The notes beneath the pieces are model-generated. The model had not been told where the DNA came from, did no database searches, and saw nothing but the letters and a program-made list of their open reading frames with translations. A DNA stretch of 64,000 bases from an uncultured Desulfobacter sp. Its GTDB lineage: Bacteria > Desulfobacterota > Desulfobacteria > Desulfobacterales > Desulfobacteraceae. The position numbers and the translations under genes were made by a program. The first letter of the stretch is position 1. The number at the start of each line of letters is the position of its first letter. The stretch lies in assembly GCA_963665095.1 (NCBI GenBank), contig OY762069.1:832001-896000 (forward strand), in the 5' to 3' direction. Shown in pieces: positions 35,401 through 44,356 of this stretch.

Positions 35401-35571
35401 ACCCTGACCACCACGTTAGGGCTGATCCCGCTCTACCTTGGCGGCGGCGTCATGTGGGAACCCATGGCCGTGGCCATCATGATCGGACTGATTTTTGCCA
35501 CAGGCATCACCCTGCTTTTTGTGCCGGCTTTGTACGCCATTTTTTATAAGGTAAAAACCGGTCCTGCATGA
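32494..35571 (+). CDS. RND efflux permease (AcrB/AcrD/AcrF family)
   Basis: 1025 aa; PGANPERVE, GMMVDNGIVV, GIVINNAIVLID, RFRPIMLT. Confidence 0.93.
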   Translation: MNLTAFAIKKNRISLSLLFIVVLLGIALYQDLPRDSMPPYVVRVATIVSVFPGANPERVELLVSKNIEEVVQEIPEVKTITSQSRTGLSVVTVELKDEVSKEMLQDVWDELRRKLEDMTTLPSGVAPNLNDDDVGVVYGIILGLISTDFSYAEMEDVAERIRDELIALPDSAKVELGGIQEQQVVVEFDTARLSEYGLTVQKLGQIIKETNILDSGGEINVGEKRLILEPTGNYDTIQDLKKTIIPVGDKGETVFLESITTIRKTYKTPPTSLVRVNGKPAISIAISLKDQANIISLGKMVEECIADLNRRLPLGFEVIRLASLDGYVQESIDSFIGNLFQSIGIVMAVMLVFLGFRTGLVVAGLIPLVTIMTLMLMGVIHMGLNQVTLAALIMALGMMVDNGIVVSESFIVKMEAGKDRMDAALETCRELMVPLLISTLTTSAAFLSFFLAESTMGDIMGPLFVVISFALVSSWLMSLTIIPLMAYYFVKVKKKEEGASKFSLFDSLNSAYTFLLKWVMKFKRTFVCLMFAAFLISLKGFGLVPFIFFPDSDRNMITVDINLPLGTHINKTAELVKTLEAHMADLKTSPERLHGITDWSSYIGEGPESYDLGYSADEANPSYAHILVNTSSGDDNAAIIEDLDSFCFNTFPNADIKVSSLSQGGGGTPVEIRILGRDQDVLYRLASETKTRLTSVSGTKNVMDDWGPKLLKFVIDIDVTKARKAGVTNEDIAVSLQTGLSGYQAGTFREDQDSLAILMRSKQFSTQSLQDLENINVFVQSTGKAVPLSQVARIIPKWDYAKIMHYGLSRSITITCELREGATASQITKQMQAWLSDESKKWPAGYSFEFGGDAENTQENMAAVIQYLPLSGCIIVFLLIFQFNGIRKTMMVLSTIPLGIIGVVIGLIVFRSYFGFMAFLGVISLAGIVINNAIVLIDRIEIEQNEFNRPPAQAIEQACRQRFRPIMLTTLTTTLGLIPLYLGGGVMWEPMAVAIMIGLIFATGITLLFVPALYAIFYKVKTGPA

Positions 35572-35789
35572 CCTTTCCCTATACATTTGTCACGAACCAT
35601 CCCCCCTGCCGGGGCAAGGCAAACGGTTATCCGGCATCATAGGTGCAGGAGGTAAAATCGATCTCTTCCCCGCAACTGTCAAACTTATGGGTTTTCTCAA
35701 ATTCGTCCGGAAAAATTTCCTTTTCCGCATTACATTTCGGATAGTTCCATTTAGCAGAAGACAAGGGATGTGATCTGCCTGATGGCCCC

Positions 35790-35818
35790 TTGACAAGAAA
35801 GAAAGTGCTTTTTATTTT
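35790..35818 (+). promoter_or_regulatory. Putative sigma70 promoter
   Basis: TTGACA-N17-TATTTT upstream of the 35857 ORF. Confidence 0.45.
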
Positions 35819-35856
35819 TTTGAGTATCCACGTAACCCTTTTTCATGGGAGGCGCA

Positions 35857-36222
35857 ATGAATTGTGACAGATGCAAAAACAAATTCGATCCGGCAGATAA
35901 AAGGGAGCATTTAGGGCAGGTACTGTGTGAGGATTGCTATATGGAAGTTTTGTCCCCGGTAAAGACTTGCGATCCATGGGCGGTTCACAGTGCTAAAAGC
36001 TTTGAAAAACATACGGGCCATATAAAAGAATTGACCTTTTTACAGACAAAAATATTGGATCTTCTAACAAAGGAAGGGCCTTTAACACCCGAAGACCTGT
36101 TAAATAAATGCAACGACAGGATCACCCTGGATGATCTTAAAAGAGAGTTTGCCTCACTTCGTCATATGGAAAAGGTCACAGCTGCCAAACAAGGCCAGGA
36201 TATTGTCTGGCGCTTATGGTAG
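35857..36222 (+). CDS. Hypothetical protein with CxxC...CxxC zinc motif and possible C-terminal winged helix
   Basis: CDRC...CEDC, CDPWAV; SD GGAGG before the ATG at 35857. Confidence 0.75.
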   Translation: MNCDRCKNKFDPADKREHLGQVLCEDCYMEVLSPVKTCDPWAVHSAKSFEKHTGHIKELTFLQTKILDLLTKEGPLTPEDLLNKCNDRITLDDLKREFASLRHMEKVTAAKQGQDIVWRLW

Positions 36223-36306
36223 CAGGCATTCCCTGGATTTGGGCTTGAAAGAGGGTGATTGGAAGCCATCTCAAAATTAGTCCATTTGGGATGGCCTTAA
36301 ATAAAA

Positions 36307-36801
36307 TCAGGAGATATGAAGGATGGAATCCTGCACGCCAACGGCGTTGGCTTTAACCAGCCAGAAATGTTCCGGCGTGGTTTGCATTTCGGTAAACAGC
36401 GCCGGACTGATCCTGTGTGAATCCTCAACCAGATTATAAAAGGCACTGTCAATCCCGATAACGCCGTCCAGCACATGGGTGACAATGTGAAGCACTTTGG
36501 TCAGGTAGCCCTCTTCCATGGTCAAAAGATCATCAAGTTGAGTGACGCCCTCATCCTTCAAGAGTGCCAGCTGTTTTGCCGCAAAGGCCATATTCCCGGC
36601 AACCCCCTCCTTTAAAAGGGATTCAAAGCCAGGCAGCTGCCCGGAAAGAACGTCATCCTCTGCGATAGTCATCTCCTTATAAGAAACCATCTGGGTTCTG
36701 CTCAGATAAAGTTCGACCTGTTTCACTGCCCTTTGGCTGTCATCTGCCCTGACCAGGAAGCTATGATAAATTTTGTTGCTCTGTTTCAGGGGGGTCATCA
36801 T
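36307..36801 (-). CDS. Hypothetical protein
   Basis: 164-aa ORF with globular-protein composition and SD-like AGGA. Confidence 0.7.
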   Translation of the reverse strand: MMTPLKQSNKIYHSFLVRADDSQRAVKQVELYLSRTQMVSYKEMTIAEDDVLSGQLPGFESLLKEGVAGNMAFAAKQLALLKDEGVTQLDDLLTMEEGYLTKVLHIVTHVLDGVIGIDSAFYNLVEDSHRISPALFTEMQTTPEHFWLVKANAVGVQDSILHIS

Positions 36802-37061
36802 ATTTTTCCTGGAGAAACGGTTTCCCGTATTTTTAAACCGGCTGTCTGATATAAACAGCCCCGGGTCTCAAAGGCGGATCTCCTTACTATCCGGACCCAT
36901 GGCCAAGTCTGTATAAAGGGTATGGTATCAGTCTATAAAATGACTGTAAAGTTATGACTTTCCGGCAGATATTTTTGAAAACCGCGATGAAGCTCCAGTA
37001 TGAAATCAGGCCGCTACATATAACACTCAAAATTAAAATTTTATATAGGATACAGAATCGC

Positions 37062-37119
37062 ATATCTTAAAAAACGATTTGACATGGCTTTTTAAGATAT
37101 GTAAACATAACATGTTTAC
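37062..37119 (+). promoter_or_regulatory. Putative promoter with overlapping inverted repeats
   Basis: TTGACA(37079)-N17-TAAACA; IRs ATATCTTAAAAA/TTTTTAAGATAT and GTAAACAT-aac-ATGTTTAC. Confidence 0.45.
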
Positions 37120-37423
37120 TAAGCATCATATTGATTGGTTTCAAAAATAGAGGAGAGGTTGGTATGCTTCTGACTTTGCCCGTCAAGGCTCTTTGTTCGG
37201 TGATGATAATGAAACTTGTCCGCCCCAGAAAAATCATCTTCGGAAAATATACTCAGCTTAAATATGATGCTCTGTCTTACATATTAGAAATCTTCTAATA
37301 ATTTAGTTCTAAATAAAGGAATCCAGAGTTGTTTGTTCTTTTTAATAAGAGAACAAAAGGAATTATCAAAGATAAACATTGAGAAATGTTATCATTCAGA
37401 TTTTAATTTAGTCGAGACTAAAA

Positions 37424-38353
37424 ATGAAAAAGCTAATTTTTGTCATATTTTTTTGTTTCCAAATGGCTGTTCTCAATAAGCCGGGTTATGGGGCAGATTA
37501 TAAATATATAACCATAGATGTCCCCGGTGCAGACATGACAATCCCCTGGTGCATTAATAACGCGGGGGTAATTGCAGGGACATATGTTGAAGGGGATACA
37601 ACATCCGGTTTTGTTCTGGAAGAAAAGATCTACTCCCCAATCATCTGCCCCGATGCAACAATCACAAGGGTTAACGGAATTAATATTTCAGTTGAGTTGG
37701 TGGGGACCTGCACCGTTGAACAGGAAAGCCAGCAGTATGAGCATGGCTATCTGTACAGTAATAATCAATTTTTTCTGATTGATTATCCCAATGCACACAC
37801 AACTACTCCAAGAGATATAAACGATGCAGGAACGATTGTGGGTTACTATACGGACTGTCAGGGAGATATTAATGGATTCAAATGTACTGCAGAAGAATAT
37901 ACCCAACTGAACTATCCGGATTCATACCAGACCCAATTGACCGGTGTAAATAACCAGAATCTCATAACCGGATACTACATAGGACCAGGCACAAATGGCA
38001 ACTGTATAGGCTTTTTATATGACGGTGTAGACTTTACTGTTATTGAGTGCCCCAATTCAGAGGAAACCTTGCCGATGGGAATCAACGATTCTGGCGCCGT
38101 TGTCGGTAATTTTAAAGGATTGGACGGCTGGCAGGGCTTTTTATATGAAAATGGAATATTCACAATAATAGAAGAATACGGAGAATCCTTTGAGTTCAAA
38201 CCGGTTGAAGCCATAAGGGATATCAACATCTCAGGAGATATTATTGGTGACTATCAGTCCGCAGATATGATTACCCATGGGCTGCTGCGTCAGCCTATCC
38301 AACATGATAATGGCGGAAGTGGCTGTTTTATTTCCACACTTTTTAACTTTTAG
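37424..38353 (+). CDS. Secreted HAF-like repeat (beta-propeller) protein with a C-terminal GGSGCFISTLFNF tail
   Basis: Signal peptide; six [GD]IN..G.[IV]VG.Y-type repeats; Gly-rich linker plus Cys-Phe-Ile tail. Confidence 0.8.
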   Translation: MKKLIFVIFFCFQMAVLNKPGYGADYKYITIDVPGADMTIPWCINNAGVIAGTYVEGDTTSGFVLEEKIYSPIICPDATITRVNGINISVELVGTCTVEQESQQYEHGYLYSNNQFFLIDYPNAHTTTPRDINDAGTIVGYYTDCQGDINGFKCTAEEYTQLNYPDSYQTQLTGVNNQNLITGYYIGPGTNGNCIGFLYDGVDFTVIECPNSEETLPMGINDSGAVVGNFKGLDGWQGFLYENGIFTIIEEYGESFEFKPVEAIRDINISGDIIGDYQSADMITHGLLRQPIQHDNGGSGCFISTLFNF

Positions 38354-38371
38354 GTATCGGAGATTGCCAAA

Positions 38372-39346
38372 ATGCTAAAAAAAATGACTCTCGTTACATT
38401 GATCTTGCTATCGCCCTTTTTCGTTTATTCTACGCCTTATTGTGAACCATTGAATCTTTCTGATTTTGACGGCACGAAAACTAAAATTTCGGGTTTTATG
38501 GGTTTACCAATGCAGATAGATTTTTTTACAAAGGATCTATCTCTATATTTTGAGAGCGAGGAACATTTCTTCACAATGTTTGATATTGATATATCAAAAA
38601 ATAAAGATACCATACTTAGATTGTTAAATTCAAAAGAAGATGGGATGCCCTACCCAATTGTTATTTCAATTCATTGGCTATCTGGGGGATATAAAAATTA
38701 TATAATTGAATTTGATAAAGACAACAGCATCGAAGTTGATATACAAGGAGAACTATCATTAATAGAGGGTGTTTATAATCCTCAAAAACTATATCAAATT
38801 TCAATAATCAGTAGTTCTGAATTTAGCGGAGATTATCTATCTGTTTCTGATGACCCATATCAGGAAAAACTAACGATTTTATCAGTTTCTCAGCCCAGTG
38901 CCCAAGCAATTTCATATCAATGGTGGTATGAATGCTGTCCATCCACAAACAACGCGATAATACAAATAGCCGCTTACCATACCGCATCTGGAGAGACTTC
39001 AGTCGGATATCTAAAGAGTTCAAGAACCGAGTGTGACGATTCCGGCTGTAGAATAGACCAAACTTTATATTACCCAATACAGGGGAGAGTGTTTCATAGA
39101 CCAGCTCCCTATAATGCCTCAATTCATCGACCTGGCTGTCGCACCTATTACAATAGCCAAGGTCCCGTGAGTTGCCTTGAAACTTACATTATTACTAATC
39201 ATGACTATGGTTCAAACCTTCAAGTACATAGATGGCACAATATGTATGATTTAATAAACAATTTATCATCTGGAAATCCTCCAACAGCTGAACAAATTTC
39301 CGGCCCTGGAGCGCCTGATTATTGGACTTTGTATTTTATTCAATAG
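38372..39346 (+). CDS. Hypothetical secreted protein, AT-rich, Cys-containing C-terminal half
   Basis: 324-aa ORF, SD GGAG, signal-like N-terminus; no recognisable family. Confidence 0.7.
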   Translation: MLKKMTLVTLILLSPFFVYSTPYCEPLNLSDFDGTKTKISGFMGLPMQIDFFTKDLSLYFESEEHFFTMFDIDISKNKDTILRLLNSKEDGMPYPIVISIHWLSGGYKNYIIEFDKDNSIEVDIQGELSLIEGVYNPQKLYQISIISSSEFSGDYLSVSDDPYQEKLTILSVSQPSAQAISYQWWYECCPSTNNAIIQIAAYHTASGETSVGYLKSSRTECDDSGCRIDQTLYYPIQGRVFHRPAPYNASIHRPGCRTYYNSQGPVSCLETYIITNHDYGSNLQVHRWHNMYDLINNLSSGNPPTAEQISGPGAPDYWTLYFIQ

Positions 39347-39694
39347 AATTTAGCGCTGTTATTAGTATTACTAAAGCTTCCTATAAGTTATCAATTACCC
39401 TGCTATGCCACCATGCGCAGTAGGGTCTTGATGAAAATCAGGCCGCAATAATCCGGAGGACGTGCGAAAATGCAAATCCAGATTGCCCGTGTATTTTATG
39501 TCTTCGATCTCACCCCAACCTGGGCCATGTTCTTTTCTTGCGGTGTAGGTGGCACCTGGCTTGAAAACGCAGCTGAACTGAAAAGCAATTCTTCCCGGTG
39601 GATGCCTTGGAATTATAAGTTTCTATCCCAGTGGAATCAACACGTCCAGGTAGCTTTGGCAAACTGATTTTTTTTTAGATAAGAAGATGACTGT

Positions 39695-41014
39695 ATGAAA
39701 AAAGCGGCGATTGTATTTGGTATGAGTTTTTCGATTTTTCTGCTTCTCTCTTTTTTATTTGTTGCTCACTCTAATCGTTCATTAATAGAAACCCTGAGAG
39801 TTTTAGACGAATCAGGCCAGAAACTTTTGTTGTGGGAAAAACTTGACCCGCCGTTAGATAGTACTATTTCCGCTCTTAAAGCCTCCCTTTTGCTGTCTTT
39901 TACTGGCGGTTTGTTTTTAGCCATGGGAATAAGCGTTTTCACCTTTTTTATTAAAAGTGAACTAAATCCAAAGCACTCCCTTCCAAGAAAATGCTTTCAC
40001 TTTCTGCCGTTATGGTTTACCTGCGCTGTGATTTCAGTGGTTATGGTACTATTCATGGCAGATGGTTCTATATTCCAAAGAATCAGGGACTATATTTTAT
40101 TATCAAACTCATTTGGGACAGCAATTTGCGAAACCTACTATCGCTACTCTCCCTTCGCAGCCTGTGCCATTCAATCGCCGCTAAATAAAAGTATCAAAAC
40201 AGTCTGGATTGATCCCCGGGTTCCTAAACGAGTATTTATGGCCAGAACGCTTTCACAGTTTGGTTGGTATTCTGTGCCCCATAGGAAAGAGGTTCATTTT
40301 TTGATCCGGCTTAGCGACCAGGGAAAGCTCCTGTTCCTGGCGGATCATCACCGGGTGATGACCGTTTTGCCCTCTGATTTCATGGCTAATCCTGGGTATT
40401 GGCTTAAAATATATTCAGATAAACAGTGTAATACCCGATGGATAGGATGGCTTTGTTTAGGTGGGCTTTTCATCGGGCTTCCAATAACGGCAATAGGGAT
40501 CGAGTATGGAATCATCTTTTTTATGCTCTCAACAGTGCTGACAAAAACCTTATCCAACGCGATTTCCTGCACCGTTATTCTTTTAACTTCGGCACTCTTG
40601 ATCATCTATCTTTATCCGGCACAATGGGGAAACTTTGATCGTCCTATAGAAAAACTGACCTCTTCCCATTCAAGAGAAAGAATTGAAGCATTACGCGTCA
40701 TTTACCGTAAGGGCATGAATACCAGGCATGTGCCGTCCAATTTTTTAAATCATCTTAATAATTACAGCAGTGCTGAAAAATACTGGATCGCAAAAGTGAT
40801 AGCAAATGGGGAAAAAACAAAAAATATAGACAGGCTGTCACAGTTTCTCAATAACTCGGAAATAGCTGTGGCCTCTGCCGCCATCACCTCGTTGTCCCAA
40901 AACGGGTGCTCCGTCCAAACGGCCTGTATTTTACGACAAGCGGCTAATAACCGCAGCGAATGGTATATTCAACTCAAATTGCTTAATGCAATGAAAAATT
41001 GTCATGGAAAATAA
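39695..41014 (+). CDS. Multi-pass membrane protein with C-terminal HEAT-like repeats
   Basis: About 5 hydrophobic segments; L.SS.SRERIEALR and L.N.E.AV..AA..SL helical repeats; overlaps the CPBP gene by 11 nt. Confidence 0.7.
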   Translation: MKKAAIVFGMSFSIFLLLSFLFVAHSNRSLIETLRVLDESGQKLLLWEKLDPPLDSTISALKASLLLSFTGGLFLAMGISVFTFFIKSELNPKHSLPRKCFHFLPLWFTCAVISVVMVLFMADGSIFQRIRDYILLSNSFGTAICETYYRYSPFAACAIQSPLNKSIKTVWIDPRVPKRVFMARTLSQFGWYSVPHRKEVHFLIRLSDQGKLLFLADHHRVMTVLPSDFMANPGYWLKIYSDKQCNTRWIGWLCLGGLFIGLPITAIGIEYGIIFFMLSTVLTKTLSNAISCTVILLTSALLIIYLYPAQWGNFDRPIEKLTSSHSRERIEALRVIYRKGMNTRHVPSNFLNHLNNYSSAEKYWIAKVIANGEKTKNIDRLSQFLNNSEIAVASAAITSLSQNGCSVQTACILRQAANNRSEWYIQLKLLNAMKNCHGK

Positions 41015-41642
41015 AAAATACTTTTCAGTTCGTTTTTCATGTATTGTTGTCTGCCTGATGGTAGGGGTTGAAGCCTTAGGAAGCTATTTATTGAAAAACC
41101 GACTTACATCCATTGAAACAGAGGCAATCCTGCGGCTGACACAAATCGGTTTGCTAACCCTACTACTCGGAAAAACACCATCGGGTTTCTCCTTGGCAGG
41201 TCTTGCAAAAAAGAAATGGCCAGAAGGCGTAAGATCTGGTGTTAACTGGGTAACTGGGTTGAGCGGTATAACTGTATTCGTGGGAGGCGTGTTGTTTTTA
41301 ACAGGGAAAAGCCCTTTTTTATTAGTCGGGTTTTCAATAAGCCCTCAACAACCTTTTATTTTTTTTATAACTGCAGCGGTGATTGGCCCCGTCTGTGAAG
41401 AACTGTTTTTTAGAGGGATTTTATACTCATCTTTAAGGCGATATGGGACGATTTTGGCCTTGCTGTTAACGACAACCTTATTTGCGGGTATGCACATGCC
41501 CTGGAATGGATTGCCAATGGTACAGATCATTGGTGGCCTGATTTTCGCCATCTCCTTTGAAGCATCAAAGAGTCTTCTTGCACCTCTTATCATTCACATT
41601 GCAGGCAATTTGGCGATTTTTAGTATTGAGTGGGCTCTATGA
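41004..41642 (+). CDS. CPBP family (type II CAAX/Abi) intramembrane glutamic endopeptidase
   Basis: EELFFRG, FAGMH and HIAGN motifs in TM segments. Confidence 0.9.
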   Translation: MENKKYFSVRFSCIVVCLMVGVEALGSYLLKNRLTSIETEAILRLTQIGLLTLLLGKTPSGFSLAGLAKKKWPEGVRSGVNWVTGLSGITVFVGGVLFLTGKSPFLLVGFSISPQQPFIFFITAAVIGPVCEELFFRGILYSSLRRYGTILALLLTTTLFAGMHMPWNGLPMVQIIGGLIFAISFEASKSLLAPLIIHIAGNLAIFSIEWAL

Positions 41643-42003
41643 AATAAGACCGCTACGCCCTGGCGGTTGTCATGCCCATCCGTTCCAGTCCGGGCGGGGA
41701 ACCCGACCCCCCGGCTGTCCTCCTTCCACGGCCGGCCCGGAGTGGGCTCCATGCCGCAAGGCCAAGTGATTTAAAAATACTTTCTATTTTTATCAACATG
41801 AGTCCCTGATAGTCAGGATTATGTTCTATTGAATTTCTTTTTCATAAATCAGAGACGAAATTTAATATTATACTCCTGCCTCTGTTTGAAGCGCCCAAGA
41901 AGCGAGCATTTTGTCTATAGATGATGAGCCCATTAGCGAGGAGATCAAAAGCCTTGACTAATTTGAACTTGGAGAGGTCCAACCAGGGAAGACACGAAGC
42001 ATG

Positions 42004-42064
42004 GCCCAACATTGCTGTTGCAGTGGACGGCTCGCACCTCTCCTCCATGAACACCCCGTTGACG
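42004..42064 (+). repeat. attC site
   Basis: GCCCAAC ... TGTT(G)CA(G)TGGA pairs with TCCATGAACA (two extrahelical bases) ... GTTGACG. Confidence 0.65.
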
Positions 42065-42289
42065 TTGTCTATGACCAGTCGCTGTTGATCAAATTTTCCA
42101 AACCACAATATCTGGTATTTGGCTTTTAATCCAGAAACCGAAAACTAATACCATGATTGCTCTCTATGCATTATTTGCTTGTGCCCTACTTTTTTTTATT
42201 TGGAGTATTTTTAATGTTTGACATTTTGGGGCCTGATTGTCAGATTTCATGCCGATACCCAATTAAATTATATAGCAGGAAAACCTATA

Positions 42290-42922
42290 ATGAATACAAA
42301 CCAATCATTGGTTCAAAATATATCAAACCCGGACAAAACAGTCATTGGTTTTAGTGGAAGTCCCAGGATCAAAGGCAACTCTGATATAATTCTGAACCAT
42401 ATCATATCTGGAGTGGCTCAGGAAAACCTTACTACTGATGCTCTAAATTTAACGAAATTAAAGTTTCAAGGCTGTATTGGCTGCGAGAAATGCCGGAAAG
42501 ATAAAATTTGTACAGGGTTAAATGATGACCTGTCACCAGTGTACAATAAGATTATTTCTTCCAAAGGCATTGTTCTTGTCTCTCCGACGCATAATTATAA
42601 TGTTACCTCCTGGATGAAAGCATTTATAGACCGCCTATACTGCTTTTATAATTTTGGAAATGATCGTCCAAGAAACTGGTCAAGCCAATTGGCAGGCCAA
42701 GAGCGAAAGGCAGTAATTGCCGCTATATGTGAACAGGAATCGATTGGAGACATGGGGTTTACTTTAAAAGCCATGAAAAAGCCGCTTACAGCCCTCGGAT
42801 TCGACGTAATAGGCGAACTCTCTGTTTTTAGAATTTTCGATAAGGCAAAAGTCAAAGATGATAAAGAGGCCATGGAAAAGGCATATCAATTGGGCAGAGA
42901 TTTGGCCTATGCAATAAAATGA
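42290..42922 (+). CDS. Flavodoxin family protein (iron-sulfur flavoprotein / NADPH-dependent FMN reductase)
   Basis: GSPRIKGNS, CIGCEKC....C, SPTHNY, MKAFIDR. Confidence 0.88.
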   Translation: MNTNQSLVQNISNPDKTVIGFSGSPRIKGNSDIILNHIISGVAQENLTTDALNLTKLKFQGCIGCEKCRKDKICTGLNDDLSPVYNKIISSKGIVLVSPTHNYNVTSWMKAFIDRLYCFYNFGNDRPRNWSSQLAGQERKAVIAAICEQESIGDMGFTLKAMKKPLTALGFDVIGELSVFRIFDKAKVKDDKEAMEKAYQLGRDLAYAIK

Positions 42923-43159
42923 ACCAATTACATACTTGATACTGACTCGAAAATTGGACATCAAGTTAGTTTTTGTTCAGGATTCGCTTTCAATCAAATC
43001 TATAGACTACAACATATGGTATCTGCGTTTGTACCCAAAAATCAAACATTGATACCATTAAGGCTCAGTGTTGCTTATCTCAATAGGTTTGTTCAAAATT
43101 TCTATTTACCTTTGGTTGCTTGACTGATATTGAAAACTTGTCCTGTTTTTTTAAAACGA

Positions 43160-43216
43160 GCCTAACATTGTAAATTACAACCTTACCAAAATAATTATAG
43201 ATTATATATGTTAGCA
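43160..43216 (+). repeat. attC-like site (AT-rich, weak L-box pairing)
   Basis: GCCTAAC ... GTTAGCA, 57 bp, directly before the GNAT ORF. Confidence 0.5.
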
Positions 43217-43227
43217 ATAAAAAACTT

Positions 43228-43746
43228 GTGAATACAATGATCAATATTCGAATAAAAAATGCCGTCGCTGATAATGTTGACGAAATAACAACATTATATC
43301 TCAAATCCGTTCATACTCATTTTAAAGGAACTCTTCCAGATGAAGAATTGGCCATGTGGAAATATCAAAATGAAAGCCTACGTTTTGTGAACCAGATTGC
43401 CGCCAAAGAAATGAGAATTCGTATACTTCAATCTGATAACAATGAGATTATAGGATTTACCCGTTTTGGGGCTGATCCTGATAATCCAGAAAATGGTAAT
43501 TTAGAGTCAATTTTTGTCAAGGATATATATCATAATAGAAAATATGGAACATTATTGTTTAAGGATACACAATCAGAATTACTGGCTATGGGGTACAATT
43601 ATATGATCCTCTGGACTCCAACTAAAGGCACTGCTCATGGTTTTTATAAAAAGCTTGGCGGTATAAAATGCGGACAGAAAATCAATGAAATTTATTTTAA
43701 TCTTACTGCATATTCATGGGTGCTAACGAATAAGGATAGATCGTGA
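43228..43746 (+). CDS. GNAT family N-acetyltransferase (cassette)
   Basis: IIGFTRFG, LESIFV....NRKYGT.L, AHGFYKKLGG. Confidence 0.8.
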   Translation: MNTMINIRIKNAVADNVDEITTLYLKSVHTHFKGTLPDEELAMWKYQNESLRFVNQIAAKEMRIRILQSDNNEIIGFTRFGADPDNPENGNLESIFVKDIYHNRKYGTLLFKDTQSELLAMGYNYMILWTPTKGTAHGFYKKLGGIKCGQKINEIYFNLTAYSWVLTNKDRS

Positions 43747-43756
43747 TTTGTTAGTG
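43721..43756 (+). repeat. Shortened (internally deleted) attC remnant
   Basis: TGCTAAC, the exact complement of the cassette start GTTAGCA at 43210, then GTTAGTG; only 36 bp in total. Confidence 0.45.
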
Positions 43757-43770
43757 GCCTCGGAGGTTTT

Positions 43771-44292
43771 ATGAATACAGAATTAGCACGAGAACTCGGG
43801 GAGATGGCTGAAAGAGATCAGCAGTTACTTCAAGAGTTATTTGAGACAGGAGAGTTGCCGTCTGAAGAGTATCATCCACAAATGCGGGCTCTACATGAAA
43901 GTAATACGTCTGCACTTAAGGAAATTATAAAAAAGTATGGTTGGCCGGGGATATCCTTGGTAGGAGCAGAAGGCGCGGAGTCTGCTTGGCTAATCGCACA
44001 ACATGCCGTTTCAGATACCAAGTTTATGTCGGATTGCATCGAACTGCTAAAGATTGCCATGGCTGCGGGAGACGTTGAAGGTTGGCAACTTGCGTTCCTT
44101 GAGGATCGTGTGCGGACAATGTCCGGTAAGGATCAAATATATGGAACTCAGTTTAATGTCGATGAAGAAGGCTGGCCAACTCCCTTTCCTATTACTGAGC
44201 CTGAAACGGTCAATGAAAGAAGGAAAGCATTAGGCCTTAATTCTTTAGAAGAGCGGTTGGAGGAAATGCGCGAACGACAACGTCGAACATAA
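43771..44292 (+). CDS. DUF6624-like protein (cassette)
   Basis: M...DQ..., N...LKEII..YGWPG.SLVG..GA..AWLIAQHA, A.L.DR, Q.YGTQ, VNERR..LGL; SD GGAGG. Confidence 0.8.
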   Translation: MNTELARELGEMAERDQQLLQELFETGELPSEEYHPQMRALHESNTSALKEIIKKYGWPGISLVGAEGAESAWLIAQHAVSDTKFMSDCIELLKIAMAAGDVEGWQLAFLEDRVRTMSGKDQIYGTQFNVDEEGWPTPFPITEPETVNERRKALGLNSLEERLEEMRERQRRT

Positions 44293-44345
44293 CAATCAGC
44301 AACAAAAGCATTGCAGCAGACAAGCCGCTGAGTGAGTCGTTATGG
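44287..44345 (+). repeat. attC site
   Basis: ACATAAC/CAGCAAC-aaaag-CATT(G)CAG ... CTGAGTG-agtc-GTTATGG. Confidence 0.6.
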
Positions 44346-44356
44346 TTTTGAATGAA

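Noticed and set aside
39420..39670. Short ORFs between the secreted protein and HEAT genes
   Set aside because: No clear start context or motif; possibly a remnant, not identifiable.
41842..42108. 88-aa minus-strand ORF
   Set aside because: It spans an attC site and probable cassette debris on the plus strand; no recognisable domain.
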